Part shown: one piece after another, positions 1 through 10,165 of the stretch | Layout of the letters: each line of letters starts with the position of its first letter | Numbering within the stretch: the stretch's first letter is position 1 | Virus record (IMG/VR): IMGVR_UViG_3300008255_000114 | Coordinates: 39,174-103,173 of that record | From: a virus | Strand: one strand, 5' to 3' | Length of the DNA: 64,000 nt | Position numbers and translations under genes: made by a program | Notes under the pieces: generated by a model | Databases searched by the model: none | The model's input: the letters and a program-made list of their open reading frames with translations, nothing else | Told to the model about the DNA's origin: nothing

Positions 1-249
1 GTGTTAAAAGGTGATTGTAGTTTAGGGGTATCTAAGAGAAAGAAGAAAGGTACTACTGAGTTCAACGGAAGGTATAATGTTAATACTTCCTCCTGTTACC
101 TTGGAAGGTTTGATTGTGAAAAAGAGGCTGCGGCTTGTTATAAAGAGTACAAGGAATTCTTATTCCAAGAGACAGCTACTATCTTACTGGAAAGGAACAT
201 TATCCCCACTAACGTAGCAGAGGCTCTTTTCTCTCGTGTAGTAAAATAG
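1..249 (+). CDS. C-terminal part of HNH/AP2-type homing endonuclease (truncated by window edge)
   Basis: GVS...YLGRFDCEKEAAACYKEYK matches the C-terminal DNA-binding tail of the endonuclease paralogues at 9129, 18666, 36006 and 47965. Confidence 0.6.
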   Translation: MLKGDCSLGVSKRKKKGTTEFNGRYNVNTSSCYLGRFDCEKEAAACYKEYKEFLFQETATILLERNIIPTNVAEALFSRVVK

Positions 250-295
250 AACATTGACACAACGTAAAGTTACACTAAAATAAAGGAGAACCAAA

Positions 296-634
296 ATGAA
301 CTTAGAAACACGTAACTTCGTTACATCGCTATTAAATAAATACAACTCATATCAAAATGTTGTTGACATTGAATCTAACTTGACAGATAATACTTCTGTA
401 CTAGGGAGCATCAACGGTAACATTATTGAAATTGAGGATAAAGACATCACACTAATCCTACTTGAATTGTGTGAAGCACTCAATGTATTCGATGAAGTCT
501 TAACAATGCCAGTAGATACCGATCCTAAATTACTGGCAGAATTGAAATCCTACATGGAAGAGTTTCGTTTGAAAGGAGACTTAAAAGTTTACTGTGGACT
601 ACAACTTGCACAAGGAATAAATAATGTCGATTGA
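296..634 (+). CDS. hypothetical protein
   Basis: ORF with AAGGAG RBS and upstream TTGACA-N16-TAAAAT promoter. Confidence 0.7.
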   Translation: MNLETRNFVTSLLNKYNSYQNVVDIESNLTDNTSVLGSINGNIIEIEDKDITLILLELCEALNVFDEVLTMPVDTDPKLLAELKSYMEEFRLKGDLKVYCGLQLAQGINNVD

Positions 635-800
635 TATCCAAGTAATGTTGACATTCTTTATATTTATGATAATCTGTGTTGCAACTAACAAAGATATGTC
701 GGTTAAAGAATTCAAGTCACAAATTTTAATGGTTATGATGAGTGGTATTGGTTGGGCTATATTTAAGCTGATTAATATTGCTAATGGGTTTTATATTTAG
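624..800 (+). CDS. small membrane protein (58 aa, not in ORF track)
   Basis: AAGGA RBS; MSIDIQVMLTFFIFMIICVA...; two hydrophobic stretches; fills the gap between ORFs. Confidence 0.55.
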   Translation: MSIDIQVMLTFFIFMIICVATNKDMSVKEFKSQILMVMMSGIGWAIFKLINIANGFYI

Positions 801-811
801 AGGAGAATATC

Positions 812-1306
812 ATGATTGATAAAGTAGAAGCTGGTAAACGGTATAAATTGGTAGATAGAGAGGCATACCTTAGTAACCACCGATGTAATCTGCCTACATA
901 TGCAAAGTGGTTTAAAGATGATATGATTACTGTAGATTATGTGGATAAGGGAAATGGTTTTGTAGAGGGAAATACCTCTAGTGTGGTAGGTTTAAGCGAG
1001 TTTAGCCTATTTGAACTAGTAGATGATTTAGTCCCTCTCACCGAATTAACACTCCAATTCGGTGAATTAGATAATCAGACTAAAAAGGATTTAGTATGTG
1101 CAAGTATTGATGGTGCTGTGATTGAATATCTATTCCCAAAAAGCACACGTTGGGTAGTGGTAACACGAGACACCCACCTAGAATTCTGGAATAATTGTGC
1201 ATATCGAGTAAAACCTCCTGTATCAGAAAAGGACAAACTAATTGCTGCAGCACAGCAGAAGTTAAAGGACGCACAAGAAGAATTGGCAAAAGCTCAAGGT
1301 TTATAA
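812..1306 (+). CDS. hypothetical protein
   Basis: GAGGAG RBS; C-terminal coiled coil. Confidence 0.7.
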   Translation: MIDKVEAGKRYKLVDREAYLSNHRCNLPTYAKWFKDDMITVDYVDKGNGFVEGNTSSVVGLSEFSLFELVDDLVPLTELTLQFGELDNQTKKDLVCASIDGAVIEYLFPKSTRWVVVTRDTHLEFWNNCAYRVKPPVSEKDKLIAAAQQKLKDAQEELAKAQGL

Positions 1307-1318
1307 AAGGAGGTTGTA

Positions 1319-2158
1319 TTGTCAGTAAACTATGAGCAACAATACCTTGAGCTGGGTCAACGTATCCTAACTGAAGGTGTATGGGTTGATAATGTACGAA
1401 CAGGTAGACGTTGCTTGACTATACCAGAACACACATTATGGTATAAACCTGAAGAAATTCCTCTATTATCTACTAAGAAGAGTTTCCCAGTATCAGCTTG
1501 GGCAGAGATGTTGGGTTACCTTCGTAGATATGAATGGGCTGACCAGTTTGATAAGATTGGTACTAGAAGTTGGTATTGCAACGCAAACGAAACCAAAGAT
1601 TGGATTAACAACCCACACCGTAAGGGAGAAAACCACTTAGGTCTTGTTTATGGCGCGGCTCTTGAGGACTGGGAATTATGGGATTTATTCACCAAGCTAA
1701 TGTCGGGTATTGATGATAGGCGCATGATGATTAACTTCTGGAGGCCTGAGAAGTTCCAGTATGGATGTATCACACCATGTATGTATAAACACTCATTCAC
1801 TATATTAGACAGAACACTACATATGTGTTCAGAGAGTAGAAGTTTAGATTACGGGCTTGGTGGTAACTTTAACTCATTACAATGCTGGATTATGCTGAAG
1901 ATGATATGTCATGTAACAGGTTTAAAAATGGGGAGAATTAAACATAATATTATTAATGCACATATTTATGATTCCCATATTGATGGGGTTAAAGAGCAGT
2001 TAAGCCGTACCCCTAATAAACTAAATGTAGAGTTTAAAGTTGAAGATTGGGTTAGTAGTTTTAGTGACTTAGTTGTAGAAGATATCCATGCAAGGGACTA
2101 TTTCACATTGACAGGGTATAAACCTCAAGGTAAGATTGACTTTGATTTAGTGGCTTAA
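1319..2158 (+). CDS. thyA: thymidylate synthase
   Basis: RTG, PLLSTKK, catalytic TPCM, SRSLD..LG.NFN and NAHIYDSH motifs; resembles Vibrio/Pasteurellaceae-type ThyA. Confidence 0.95.
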   Translation: MSVNYEQQYLELGQRILTEGVWVDNVRTGRRCLTIPEHTLWYKPEEIPLLSTKKSFPVSAWAEMLGYLRRYEWADQFDKIGTRSWYCNANETKDWINNPHRKGENHLGLVYGAALEDWELWDLFTKLMSGIDDRRMMINFWRPEKFQYGCITPCMYKHSFTILDRTLHMCSESRSLDYGLGGNFNSLQCWIMLKMICHVTGLKMGRIKHNIINAHIYDSHIDGVKEQLSRTPNKLNVEFKVEDWVSSFSDLVVEDIHARDYFTLTGYKPQGKIDFDLVA

Positions 2159-2167
2159 GGAGTTAGT

Positions 2168-2680
2168 ATGACTATAAAGATGATTATCGCCACTGGCGCT
2201 AACTTTGAAATTGGACAGGATGGTAAACTCCCTTGGGGGTATATCAAAGAGGATATGACTTACTTTCAAGATCAGACTTCTAACCACATTGTTGTGATGG
2301 GACGTAAGACCCAAGACAGCTTACCTAATAAACGTAAAGTACTACCTAATCGAATTAATTATGTAGTATCCTCTAAAGGTAATGGTGAACAGGATGATGG
2401 TTCATATAAAGTAAGTATGGTTAGTCTGGTTAAGTCTATTTTAAGTGGTAAGAGTATTTTCAGCCACTTAGATACATGGGTTATTGGAGGATCTTCTATC
2501 TACCAACAATTACTTCCATATGTAGATGAAATTCATTGGACATTGGTAAATGAAGATTTCCCAGAGGCTGATACTTATTTTGATATGAGTTTCTTGTGGG
2601 CTAATGAAAAAGATTGGTACTTTGATAATTTAACCAAACTGGGTACCACTACAAGTGTGACAGTTTGGAAACGTAAATAA
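2168..2680 (+). CDS. frd: dihydrofolate reductase
   Basis: IGQDGKLPW, VVMGRKT, LPNRINYVVS, WVIGGSSIY and EADTYF motifs. Confidence 0.95.
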   Translation: MTIKMIIATGANFEIGQDGKLPWGYIKEDMTYFQDQTSNHIVVMGRKTQDSLPNKRKVLPNRINYVVSSKGNGEQDDGSYKVSMVSLVKSILSGKSIFSHLDTWVIGGSSIYQQLLPYVDEIHWTLVNEDFPEADTYFDMSFLWANEKDWYFDNLTKLGTTTSVTVWKRK

Positions 2681-2706
2681 TTATAATAAAATCAGGAGAA
2701 ACAATA

Positions 2707-3201
2707 TTGAGCTATTTTAAAAATATGAAAGATAAAGGTGCTTTACCATGTTCAGTGAGTATCGATGTAGTTAATTATGTTGCCACTTTAATGCCAGAAC
2801 AACTAATGTCGAATGGTAAACCTATTGTCCCACGAGTGTTATTTATGTTAGGTTTCCAAGTCGATAATAATGGTTTAGGTTACTCAATTTATGATGGTGT
2901 TCGTATCCGAGACAAAGATCGACCATATTTGACTCATACTAGTTGCATCTACAACGGTAAGGTGCGTAAAGAAGTCTCACACATTGACGAAGATGGTTGC
3001 ATTGTATTCAGTAAAGTAAAGTCACATTTCATGGAACGTGTATATATTGAGAATGAAGTGTTGACATTATCTGGTATGGATAAGGCAATGATGGAGAATA
3101 TCTCTACCATCGGCAATAAGAAGTTCTACGATGACGGTATGGCTGCACTAGATAAACGTGTTGACCCAAACAAGCCAATTCGAAATATTGTAAGACCGTA
3201 A
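2707..3201 (+). CDS. hypothetical protein
   Basis: AGGAG RBS, TTG start, 164 aa. Confidence 0.65.
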   Translation: MSYFKNMKDKGALPCSVSIDVVNYVATLMPEQLMSNGKPIVPRVLFMLGFQVDNNGLGYSIYDGVRIRDKDRPYLTHTSCIYNGKVRKEVSHIDEDGCIVFSKVKSHFMERVYIENEVLTLSGMDKAMMENISTIGNKKFYDDGMAALDKRVDPNKPIRNIVRP

Positions 3202-3214
3202 GGAGGATTAATAC

Positions 3215-3379
3215 TTGGCAACTGCAAATACTAAACGTAACAAAGATGCACATAGCAACGACCTGTATACCACTTCTAACGAGTCTTTGCAGTTGTTGTG
3301 GGGTAACGCACCACATGTACTTAAACGTGCAAATACAGTGGTTGACAATAACTTTGGCTTAGGAAGGAATCCATTATGA
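3215..3379 (+). pseudogene. 54-aa ORF resembling the N-terminus of a DNA methyltransferase (relict)
   Basis: AGGAGG RBS, TTG start; NDLYTT and VVDNNFGLG resemble D.Y.TP and the motif I SAM-binding loop; ends in an ATGA overlap with dam. Confidence 0.4.
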
Positions 3380-4200
3380 AATTTGATAACACAACAGCAA
3401 ACCCGTTTAATTGGGTTGGAAGTAAATTTAGATATTTAAAAGACTTCTTAGAAGTTCTTCCAAAAGAGGAAAATATAAAAGTATTGGATTGCTTCTTGGG
3501 AGGAGGGGATTTAATATCAAAACTCCCGACTTCTTGGTGCATAACAGGAATAGATATAATACCCCAGTTAATTGAGATGCACAAGGCTATACAGGAAGGA
3601 ACACTTAACGTCAGTGGAGTACAAGAAGAATTTATTAAAAGGTCTATGTCAAAAGAAAATGAAATTGCATACTTGAAACTTAGAGATGATTATAATGCAT
3701 CAAACAATCCACAAGACTTATACCTCTTGATGACCAACTCTTTTAATAACCAACTTAGGTTTAATAGAAGTGGGGGATTCAATATGCCATTTGGTAAAAA
3801 CCGTAGTAGTTTTAACCCTAAAATGCAAGCAAAACTTACAAATTACAAAAACGCTATAGCAGAAAGAGTTGTAAATTTTAAATGTGGATCTTATATAGAG
3901 GAAGACTTAAACAGTTATGATTTACTTTTAGTAGATCCACCATACCTAAATACTACTGCGACTTATAATGAGCAAGGTGGATGGAGCAAGGAGGATGACA
4001 TAAGTCTATTACAAAATTTAGACAATTATAAAGGGAAATTTATATACTTTAACCAACTAGTAAGTAAGGGTGTAGAAAATACTAATTTACTGGAGTGGGC
4101 TAATAAGTACCACACTAAAGTACTACAGGATACAACCAAAAACTGCAATCATCAACGTAAAGGTGGGACTACGGTTGAAGTTATGATTACTAATTTCTAA
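3376..4200 (+). CDS. dam: DNA adenine methyltransferase (Dam/D12 family)
   Basis: PFNWVGSK, DCFLGGG, RFNRSGGFNMPFG and DPPY motifs. Confidence 0.92.
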   Translation: MKFDNTTANPFNWVGSKFRYLKDFLEVLPKEENIKVLDCFLGGGDLISKLPTSWCITGIDIIPQLIEMHKAIQEGTLNVSGVQEEFIKRSMSKENEIAYLKLRDDYNASNNPQDLYLLMTNSFNNQLRFNRSGGFNMPFGKNRSSFNPKMQAKLTNYKNAIAERVVNFKCGSYIEEDLNSYDLLLVDPPYLNTTATYNEQGGWSKEDDISLLQNLDNYKGKFIYFNQLVSKGVENTNLLEWANKYHTKVLQDTTKNCNHQRKGGTTVEVMITNF

Positions 4201-4286
4201 TTCCTCAAATTAACACGGATAGTAGGTTGCTTAGAGGGAGTTAATCTACTATAATAACTATTCAACTGTAAAAGAAGAGGTGTAAT

Positions 4287-4529
4287 TTGATTTATGTAGA
4301 GAATAGAAAGCCAGTGGTACCTATTGAATACGAGGGTAGTTTCACACAAGAATTAGGTATTGCCGAAGATAAGTGGCAAGATACTTCTGACATGGAAATC
4401 TACCAATTATTGGGTTACAAAGGTACAGAGTGGCGACTTAAAATGCAGAATGAACATATCGGTGATGCTATGTGGGACCAGAGTGGGTTCGAGCATACTT
4501 GGTCAGAGTTTGATACGGAAAGTGTATAA
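4287..4529 (+). CDS. hypothetical protein
   Basis: GAGGTG RBS, TTG start. Confidence 0.6.
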   Translation: MIYVENRKPVVPIEYEGSFTQELGIAEDKWQDTSDMEIYQLLGYKGTEWRLKMQNEHIGDAMWDQSGFEHTWSEFDTESV

Positions 4530-4549
4530 TTTAAATAAGGAGAAGTTGG

Positions 4550-6850
4550 TTGAGTAAAATAGTGAATATTATTAAGCGTGATGGAAGTAAAGTACCTTTT
4601 GAACCAGAGAAATTAAATAAGTGGGGTGAGTGGGCTACTAAAGCAGACCTAAGTTGGTCAGAGATTGTATTAGATACCTTAGATAATTTATATGATGGTT
4701 GTTCTACTAAAGATATTCACCAAGCTATGATTAATGCATGTGTAGATAAGAAAAATGAAAAACACCTAGAATTTGCTGCTCGTTTATTACGGGGTGATTT
4801 ATATAAGAAAGTTTACGGTTCTGACAAACCAACTAAATTCTCAAGTAAATACCTACAATTGGTAAAAGAGGGACACTGGCAGGATTTTAATTTAAGTCCA
4901 GAAGATTTGGAAAAATTAGATTCTGTGGTTGACCCAGATATTGATAAGACATACGAGTACACCTCCTTATTACAATTCATAGACAAATACGCATTAAGTA
5001 GATATGTCAAAGGTGTTAAGGTTCCAGTAGAGACACCCCACCTAGCTTTGATGGGGATTGCTTTAACTTTATTTAGAAGTGATAGTTTGTTTCATGTAGA
5101 AAAATTCTATAATATTATTAAATATCGAAAAATTAATATCGCAACACCTATCATGGCTGCAGCACGTACAGGTTTTAATGAGTTTACTTCTTGCTTCCTA
5201 TCTACTGCAGGAGATTCTCTAGGGAGTATTATGGCTGGAACTAACCTAGCATATACTATGACAGCTAACCGAAGTGGTGTTGGTTTTGAGTTCGATATCC
5301 GATCTCATGGGGATGTAGTAGGTAACAATAAATGTAAACATGCTGGTAAGTTACCTCATTATGAAATGCTACTAAAGACTATTAAGTCAGTCACACAAGG
5401 TGTTCGTGGTGGTGCTGGTACAGTATACTTTAATGTATTAGACCCAGAGTTTGATGATCTGGTCAGATTAAAAAGTCCTACCACACCATTAAGTAAACGT
5501 ATTGAATTAATGGACTACTCTTTGATGTGGAATAATGATTTCCTCTCACGAGTAGCTAAGAATGAAGATTGGTTATTAGTCAGTAAAGTTGATAAACCTT
5601 TATTACACGAGGCTTTCTATAATAACCGAAGTGAATTCCCTAAGTTAATGGAAGAAGCGCTTAATGAACATAGTAGAAAACCTTCAATCAGTGACTTACT
5701 TAAACCAGACTTTATTGCAATAAAATCAACTGGAAAAGGTAAGGTAGTTAATGCCAGAGATATGTTTAAAGTATTCTTACAGCAAAGACAAGAAACTGGA
5801 CGTATCTATTGTGGTAATGTTGATACACTAAACGACCATACACCTTATAGTGAAGATGTTATCAGAATGTTAAATTTATGTTCAGAGACAGCACTACCTA
5901 CGCGAGGATTTAAAGGTGTGGAATCACTAAATAAACCCGTCCGCAAAGATGATGGTTTGGTAGGGTTATGTTTCCTACTAGCAACAGACTACGGTAAATG
6001 TGAAGAACATGAGGTTGATGAGGTTAACTATTATGCATGTAGAGCGTTAGATAATATTATCAGCATGACATCCTACCCATACAAAACCTTAGAAGATGTT
6101 GGCCTAAACTACCGCAGTATTGGGGTTGGTATTACAAACCTTGCGTATGTAATGGCAAAGAATAAGGTGCTTTACTCGTCTGAAGAAGGTCGTAACTTTA
6201 TTCATCGGTTAGCAGAAAGACACCAGTTCTCTTTATATAAAGCTAGTGTTTCATTGGCTAAAGAACGAGGTAAATTTGGTTGGTTTGATAAAACTAAATT
6301 TGCTAAAGGGTTAATGTGTGTTGATACTTACACAAAAGAAATTGATAAGCACCACTCTCAAGATCTATTGTGCGACTGGGATGGGTTGCGAAAAGAAATA
6401 AATAAATATGGACTAAGGTTCTCCACAAAAAGTGCCCATATGCCGTGCGAGTCTTCATCGGCGTGGGGTTATAGCACTAATGGTTTGTATCCAGTTAGAC
6501 AAGGTGTGCTGATGAAGTCTCGTCCAGAGGGATTGGTACCGTTCTTTGCACCTGAATATGAGAAGTATAAAGAATTCTACGAATTGGCTTGGGATATTAA
6601 TACACAAGATTTATACAAGGTGTATGGTATTATACAAAAGTTCACTTGCCAAAGTATTAGTGCCGATACCTATGTAGACTTTTCTAAACTAGAAAACGGG
6701 AAGGTTCAGATGAGTACAATGATGAAAGATATGCTATTCAGTATGAAGATTGGAATGAAGTCACATTATTACTCTAACTCTAAAACAGAAGATAAAACAG
6801 AATCTGGAAGTAAAGAAACAGACGCAGATTGTGACTCGTGTAAATTATAG
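4550..6850 (+). CDS. nrdA: ribonucleotide reductase class Ia, alpha subunit
   Basis: N-terminal ATP cone (IIKRDG), ATPIM, TSCF, QG.RGGA, NLCSE, MPCESSS and C-terminal CDSC. Confidence 0.96.
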   Translation: MSKIVNIIKRDGSKVPFEPEKLNKWGEWATKADLSWSEIVLDTLDNLYDGCSTKDIHQAMINACVDKKNEKHLEFAARLLRGDLYKKVYGSDKPTKFSSKYLQLVKEGHWQDFNLSPEDLEKLDSVVDPDIDKTYEYTSLLQFIDKYALSRYVKGVKVPVETPHLALMGIALTLFRSDSLFHVEKFYNIIKYRKINIATPIMAAARTGFNEFTSCFLSTAGDSLGSIMAGTNLAYTMTANRSGVGFEFDIRSHGDVVGNNKCKHAGKLPHYEMLLKTIKSVTQGVRGGAGTVYFNVLDPEFDDLVRLKSPTTPLSKRIELMDYSLMWNNDFLSRVAKNEDWLLVSKVDKPLLHEAFYNNRSEFPKLMEEALNEHSRKPSISDLLKPDFIAIKSTGKGKVVNARDMFKVFLQQRQETGRIYCGNVDTLNDHTPYSEDVIRMLNLCSETALPTRGFKGVESLNKPVRKDDGLVGLCFLLATDYGKCEEHEVDEVNYYACRALDNIISMTSYPYKTLEDVGLNYRSIGVGITNLAYVMAKNKVLYSSEEGRNFIHRLAERHQFSLYKASVSLAKERGKFGWFDKTKFAKGLMCVDTYTKEIDKHHSQDLLCDWDGLRKEINKYGLRFSTKSAHMPCESSSAWGYSTNGLYPVRQGVLMKSRPEGLVPFFAPEYEKYKEFYELAWDINTQDLYKVYGIIQKFTCQSISADTYVDFSKLENGKVQMSTMMKDMLFSMKIGMKSHYYSNSKTEDKTESGSKETDADCDSCKL

Positions 6851-6864
6851 GAGATTTAAATTTT

Positions 6865-7983
6865 ATGGGAAGTAGTAGTAGTAATAGTAGACCCCTTTTT
6901 GATATAGATAATAAAGCTAATAATAGTCAGGTTGGGTACCCTTTATTCTTAGGTGCTGAATTAGGGCTTATGGATAATATTCATGAAACTTATCCAAGTA
7001 TTGCAAAGTTACGTGATAAGATGATAACTGACAATTGGGTATGGACTGAGATTAGTTTATCTAAAGATGCAAAGGATATTCAAAATAAAGACTTAGCATC
7101 TGAAACTGACATTATGGTAAAGAATCTAAGTTTCCAGTATTTAGCTGATAGTATTGCAGAAGCATCAATTGGTATTCTAGAGATGTTCTGTTCTAACACA
7201 GAGTTAGAGGGTTTACTGAAGTTCTGGCACTATAATGAGTATGTACATGCCATGCAGTATTCTGAGATTGTTAAAACAGCATTCCCAGATCCTAACACTT
7301 TGATGGAGGAAGTTAAACTTTTAGAGCCAGCAATTAAACGCTTACTTCCACTTGGAAAAGTATTTGACGATACACGTTTAATGGGTTATAAATATCAGAT
7401 GGGAGGAGAAATCCCGCAAGCAGAGCTTAGAAAACAAATATTACGTTTCATGGGGGCTTTACTTTCACTAGAGGCTATCAGTTTTGCAGTTAGTTTTGCA
7501 GCTACCTTTGCTGTTGGTAGAAATGCCAAAGCCTATGATGGTATTGTTAAGGCAGTTCAGCTTATTGCCAGAGATGAATTAGAAACTCATGTTAAAGCTG
7601 ACTTAGAAATTATCCGTATTCTACGATTTGTAGAGGGTTGGGAGACTGAGTACCAAGAAGTAAAGCATGAGCTACAAGAGTTCTTCGATACTGTATTAGA
7701 AAATGAGAAAGAGTGGGCAGATTACTTATTCAGTGAAGGTCGTAATATTGTAGGGCTTAATCAAGGTAATGTGTATGAGTATGCCAAGTACTTATCAGCT
7801 AGTGTGTATAAGGTTTTAGATTTATCTATTGGGTTCACATACCCAGAGAATAATAACCTACCTTGGCTTAAAGACTACTTAGATTTAGATGCTATTCAGG
7901 TAACCAATCAAGAAGGTCAAAGTAATAATTATAAAGTTAATGTTATGCAGGATGATGACGACGGAGAAGACTTAGATTATTAA
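6865..7983 (+). CDS. nrdB: ribonucleotide reductase class Ia, beta subunit
   Basis: W..TEISLSKD, NEYVHAMQY, LEAISFAVSF and IARDE..H motifs; acidic tail. Confidence 0.93.
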   Translation: MGSSSSNSRPLFDIDNKANNSQVGYPLFLGAELGLMDNIHETYPSIAKLRDKMITDNWVWTEISLSKDAKDIQNKDLASETDIMVKNLSFQYLADSIAEASIGILEMFCSNTELEGLLKFWHYNEYVHAMQYSEIVKTAFPDPNTLMEEVKLLEPAIKRLLPLGKVFDDTRLMGYKYQMGGEIPQAELRKQILRFMGALLSLEAISFAVSFAATFAVGRNAKAYDGIVKAVQLIARDELETHVKADLEIIRILRFVEGWETEYQEVKHELQEFFDTVLENEKEWADYLFSEGRNIVGLNQGNVYEYAKYLSASVYKVLDLSIGFTYPENNNLPWLKDYLDLDAIQVTNQEGQSNNYKVNVMQDDDDGEDLDY

Positions 7984-8051
7984 AAATAACAATTGCACAA
8001 GGATGTGCTTTGTTCTACACTGTAAGCTGACAATTAAAAAGGAGATACAAT

Positions 8052-8516
8052 ATGAATAATTACACAGAATCATGGATTGCAAACTTAGATGGCGATATGC
8101 TTGATTGCTTAGCTGGACATCTTACACACGGCAAGACTTACGAAGTGTTAGAGGATTATAATGGGAGTGTCTATAGTGATCGGTGCCACGTAGTCTTAAA
8201 TGATAATGGGGTGACGACAGGATACCACCATTCATGGTTCACCCCAGTTAAACTTTATGACGAAGATGAAAATGAATTGGTTTGTCGTGATATTGAGTTT
8301 AAATCTGGTGATTACCTTGTAAGGAGTAAACATACTGATGAACAAATTATATATTTATCAAAATACTTAACATTCTATGATCTATGTGGCTGGTTGCAAG
8401 GTAGTTGGGAATATTTAACTTGGAATGGGGGCGCTAATAGATTTTCTGGATATGGTGGTAAACCTTACGGTAAAGAGTACCACTTCAACGATCTATTCTA
8501 CTTAGAAGGAGAATAA
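8052..8516 (+). CDS. hypothetical protein
   Basis: AAGGAG RBS; upstream TTGCAC-N17-TACACT promoter. Confidence 0.7.
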   Translation: MNNYTESWIANLDGDMLDCLAGHLTHGKTYEVLEDYNGSVYSDRCHVVLNDNGVTTGYHHSWFTPVKLYDEDENELVCRDIEFKSGDYLVRSKHTDEQIIYLSKYLTFYDLCGWLQGSWEYLTWNGGANRFSGYGGKPYGKEYHFNDLFYLEGE

Positions 8517-8520
8517 TTTA

Positions 8521-9120
8521 ATGTTAAATAGCTACAAAGACTCTTTACCTTTTGTGCAGACTTATATTGATACCACCATAAAACATGAAGGTGGTGATAA
8601 GTATACCAACGATCCTGATGACTCTGGTGGAGAGACAAAATGGGGTGTGACTAAGAAAGCCACTTTGAAGTATAAAGAGTATTTCCACTTGTATAATTGG
8701 AATGGTGATATTAAAACGATGCCCTTAGCGTTCGCACAAGACATATATGCTTACGAATATTATATGGTACCAAAGTTTAACCTTGTGGCTAAAGAGTCTC
8801 ATATGATAGCCCAAGAGTTGTTCGACACTTCTATTAATTTAGGGGTGCAATCTCCAAGTAATTGGCTACAGCAGATCCTTAATGTACTTAATAATCAACA
8901 GGAGTATTATAAAGATATCAAGGAAGATGGCTTAATTGGAAGTGGTACTGTGAATGCACTACGTGCCTTTTTAGACAAGCGTGGTAGTGAAGGTGAAAAG
9001 GTATTGTATAATATGCTTAACATTATGCAAGGTAACTTCTACATCAGACTAGCCATTAAACGTGAAAAGGACGAAAAATTTATTTTTGGATGGGTATCAT
9101 CTAGGGTTGGTTTTAAATAG
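8521..9120 (+). CDS. endolysin, glycoside hydrolase family 108 with peptidoglycan-binding domain
   Basis: HEGG..Y.NDPDDSGGETKWGVT, FDTSINLG, DGLIGSGT and F.FGW..R. Confidence 0.9.
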   Translation: MLNSYKDSLPFVQTYIDTTIKHEGGDKYTNDPDDSGGETKWGVTKKATLKYKEYFHLYNWNGDIKTMPLAFAQDIYAYEYYMVPKFNLVAKESHMIAQELFDTSINLGVQSPSNWLQQILNVLNNQQEYYKDIKEDGLIGSGTVNALRAFLDKRGSEGEKVLYNMLNIMQGNFYIRLAIKREKDEKFIFGWVSSRVGFK

Positions 9121-9128
9121 GAGTTTGT

Positions 9129-10091
9129 ATGGACACTACACAGGTGACTAGGAAGGGTAATACACTTACCCTAGTTGATAAGATTATGGTGAAAAGCAGG
9201 ACACACTTTATAGTGTCATGTGATATCTGCTCTAAGGATACAGAGGTTTATAAAGAAAACTTCCTTACAGTAAAGACCAGTTGGGATAAAGGTATCATAC
9301 CTTGTGGTTGTTCAGGACATTATAAATATAATGAAGCACAAGCTATTATATTGGCGACAAGGAGGTGCACTAATAAGGATAAGAAATTTCATGGTTTTGC
9401 TGAAGAATTCACCAATATTTCAAAGACAAAAGTGAAAGGGCACTGTGATATACATAATAATACTACATGGGATAATATATTTAATTATTTGAAGACAGAC
9501 AAAGAGTGTCCTGATTGCTCTAGGAGAAACATAATATTTGGGGTAGGTATCAATGATACCAAAGGTGCAATAGATGGTTGCCCATATTTTAAAATATGGT
9601 ATGGTATGCTTAAGCGATGTTACCATCCACCATGCTGGGTAAGAAGTCCTACCTACAAAGGTTGTGAGGTACACCCAGACTGGTGGAAATTTTCAAAATT
9701 TAAAGGTTGGATGAAGAAGCAGGATTGGCAAGGTAAGCAACTAGATAAGGACTTACTGTTACAGGGTAATAGGGTGTACAGTAAAGATACTTGCATATTC
9801 ATAACCCATAGGATAAATTGTTTTATTAAGACAAATATTAACCCCAACAAGGAACTTCCTATAGGGGTTACAAAAACTAGAAGTGTAGGTTACGAAAGCA
9901 ATTGCTGTGGTATCTATTTGGGGTCTTTCACTGATGTTGAGGGTGCACATCTAGCTTGGCAGAAAAGTAAGGTGAATACAGCTATAGATCTTTTGGAGGG
10001 ACAAGAATTTCGTGTACAAATTAAACTCCAAAGTATTATAGATAATATAAATGATGATATTACCTCTGGTAGGGTAACTCAGTGGTTTTAA
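9129..10091 (+). CDS. putative HNH-type homing endonuclease
   Basis: W.GMLKRCY, YKGCEV..W..FS.F..W and LDKDLL..GN..YS.DTC; N-terminal Cys clusters. Confidence 0.75.
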   Translation: MDTTQVTRKGNTLTLVDKIMVKSRTHFIVSCDICSKDTEVYKENFLTVKTSWDKGIIPCGCSGHYKYNEAQAIILATRRCTNKDKKFHGFAEEFTNISKTKVKGHCDIHNNTTWDNIFNYLKTDKECPDCSRRNIIFGVGINDTKGAIDGCPYFKIWYGMLKRCYHPPCWVRSPTYKGCEVHPDWWKFSKFKGWMKKQDWQGKQLDKDLLLQGNRVYSKDTCIFITHRINCFIKTNINPNKELPIGVTKTRSVGYESNCCGIYLGSFTDVEGAHLAWQKSKVNTAIDLLEGQEFRVQIKLQSIIDNINDDITSGRVTQWF

Positions 10092-10165
10092 ATAAGGAGG
10101 TACATGGCATAATTTAATTTCGTAAGTAAGAGTAGTCCTATAATTAAATAACACTGGAGAATACT

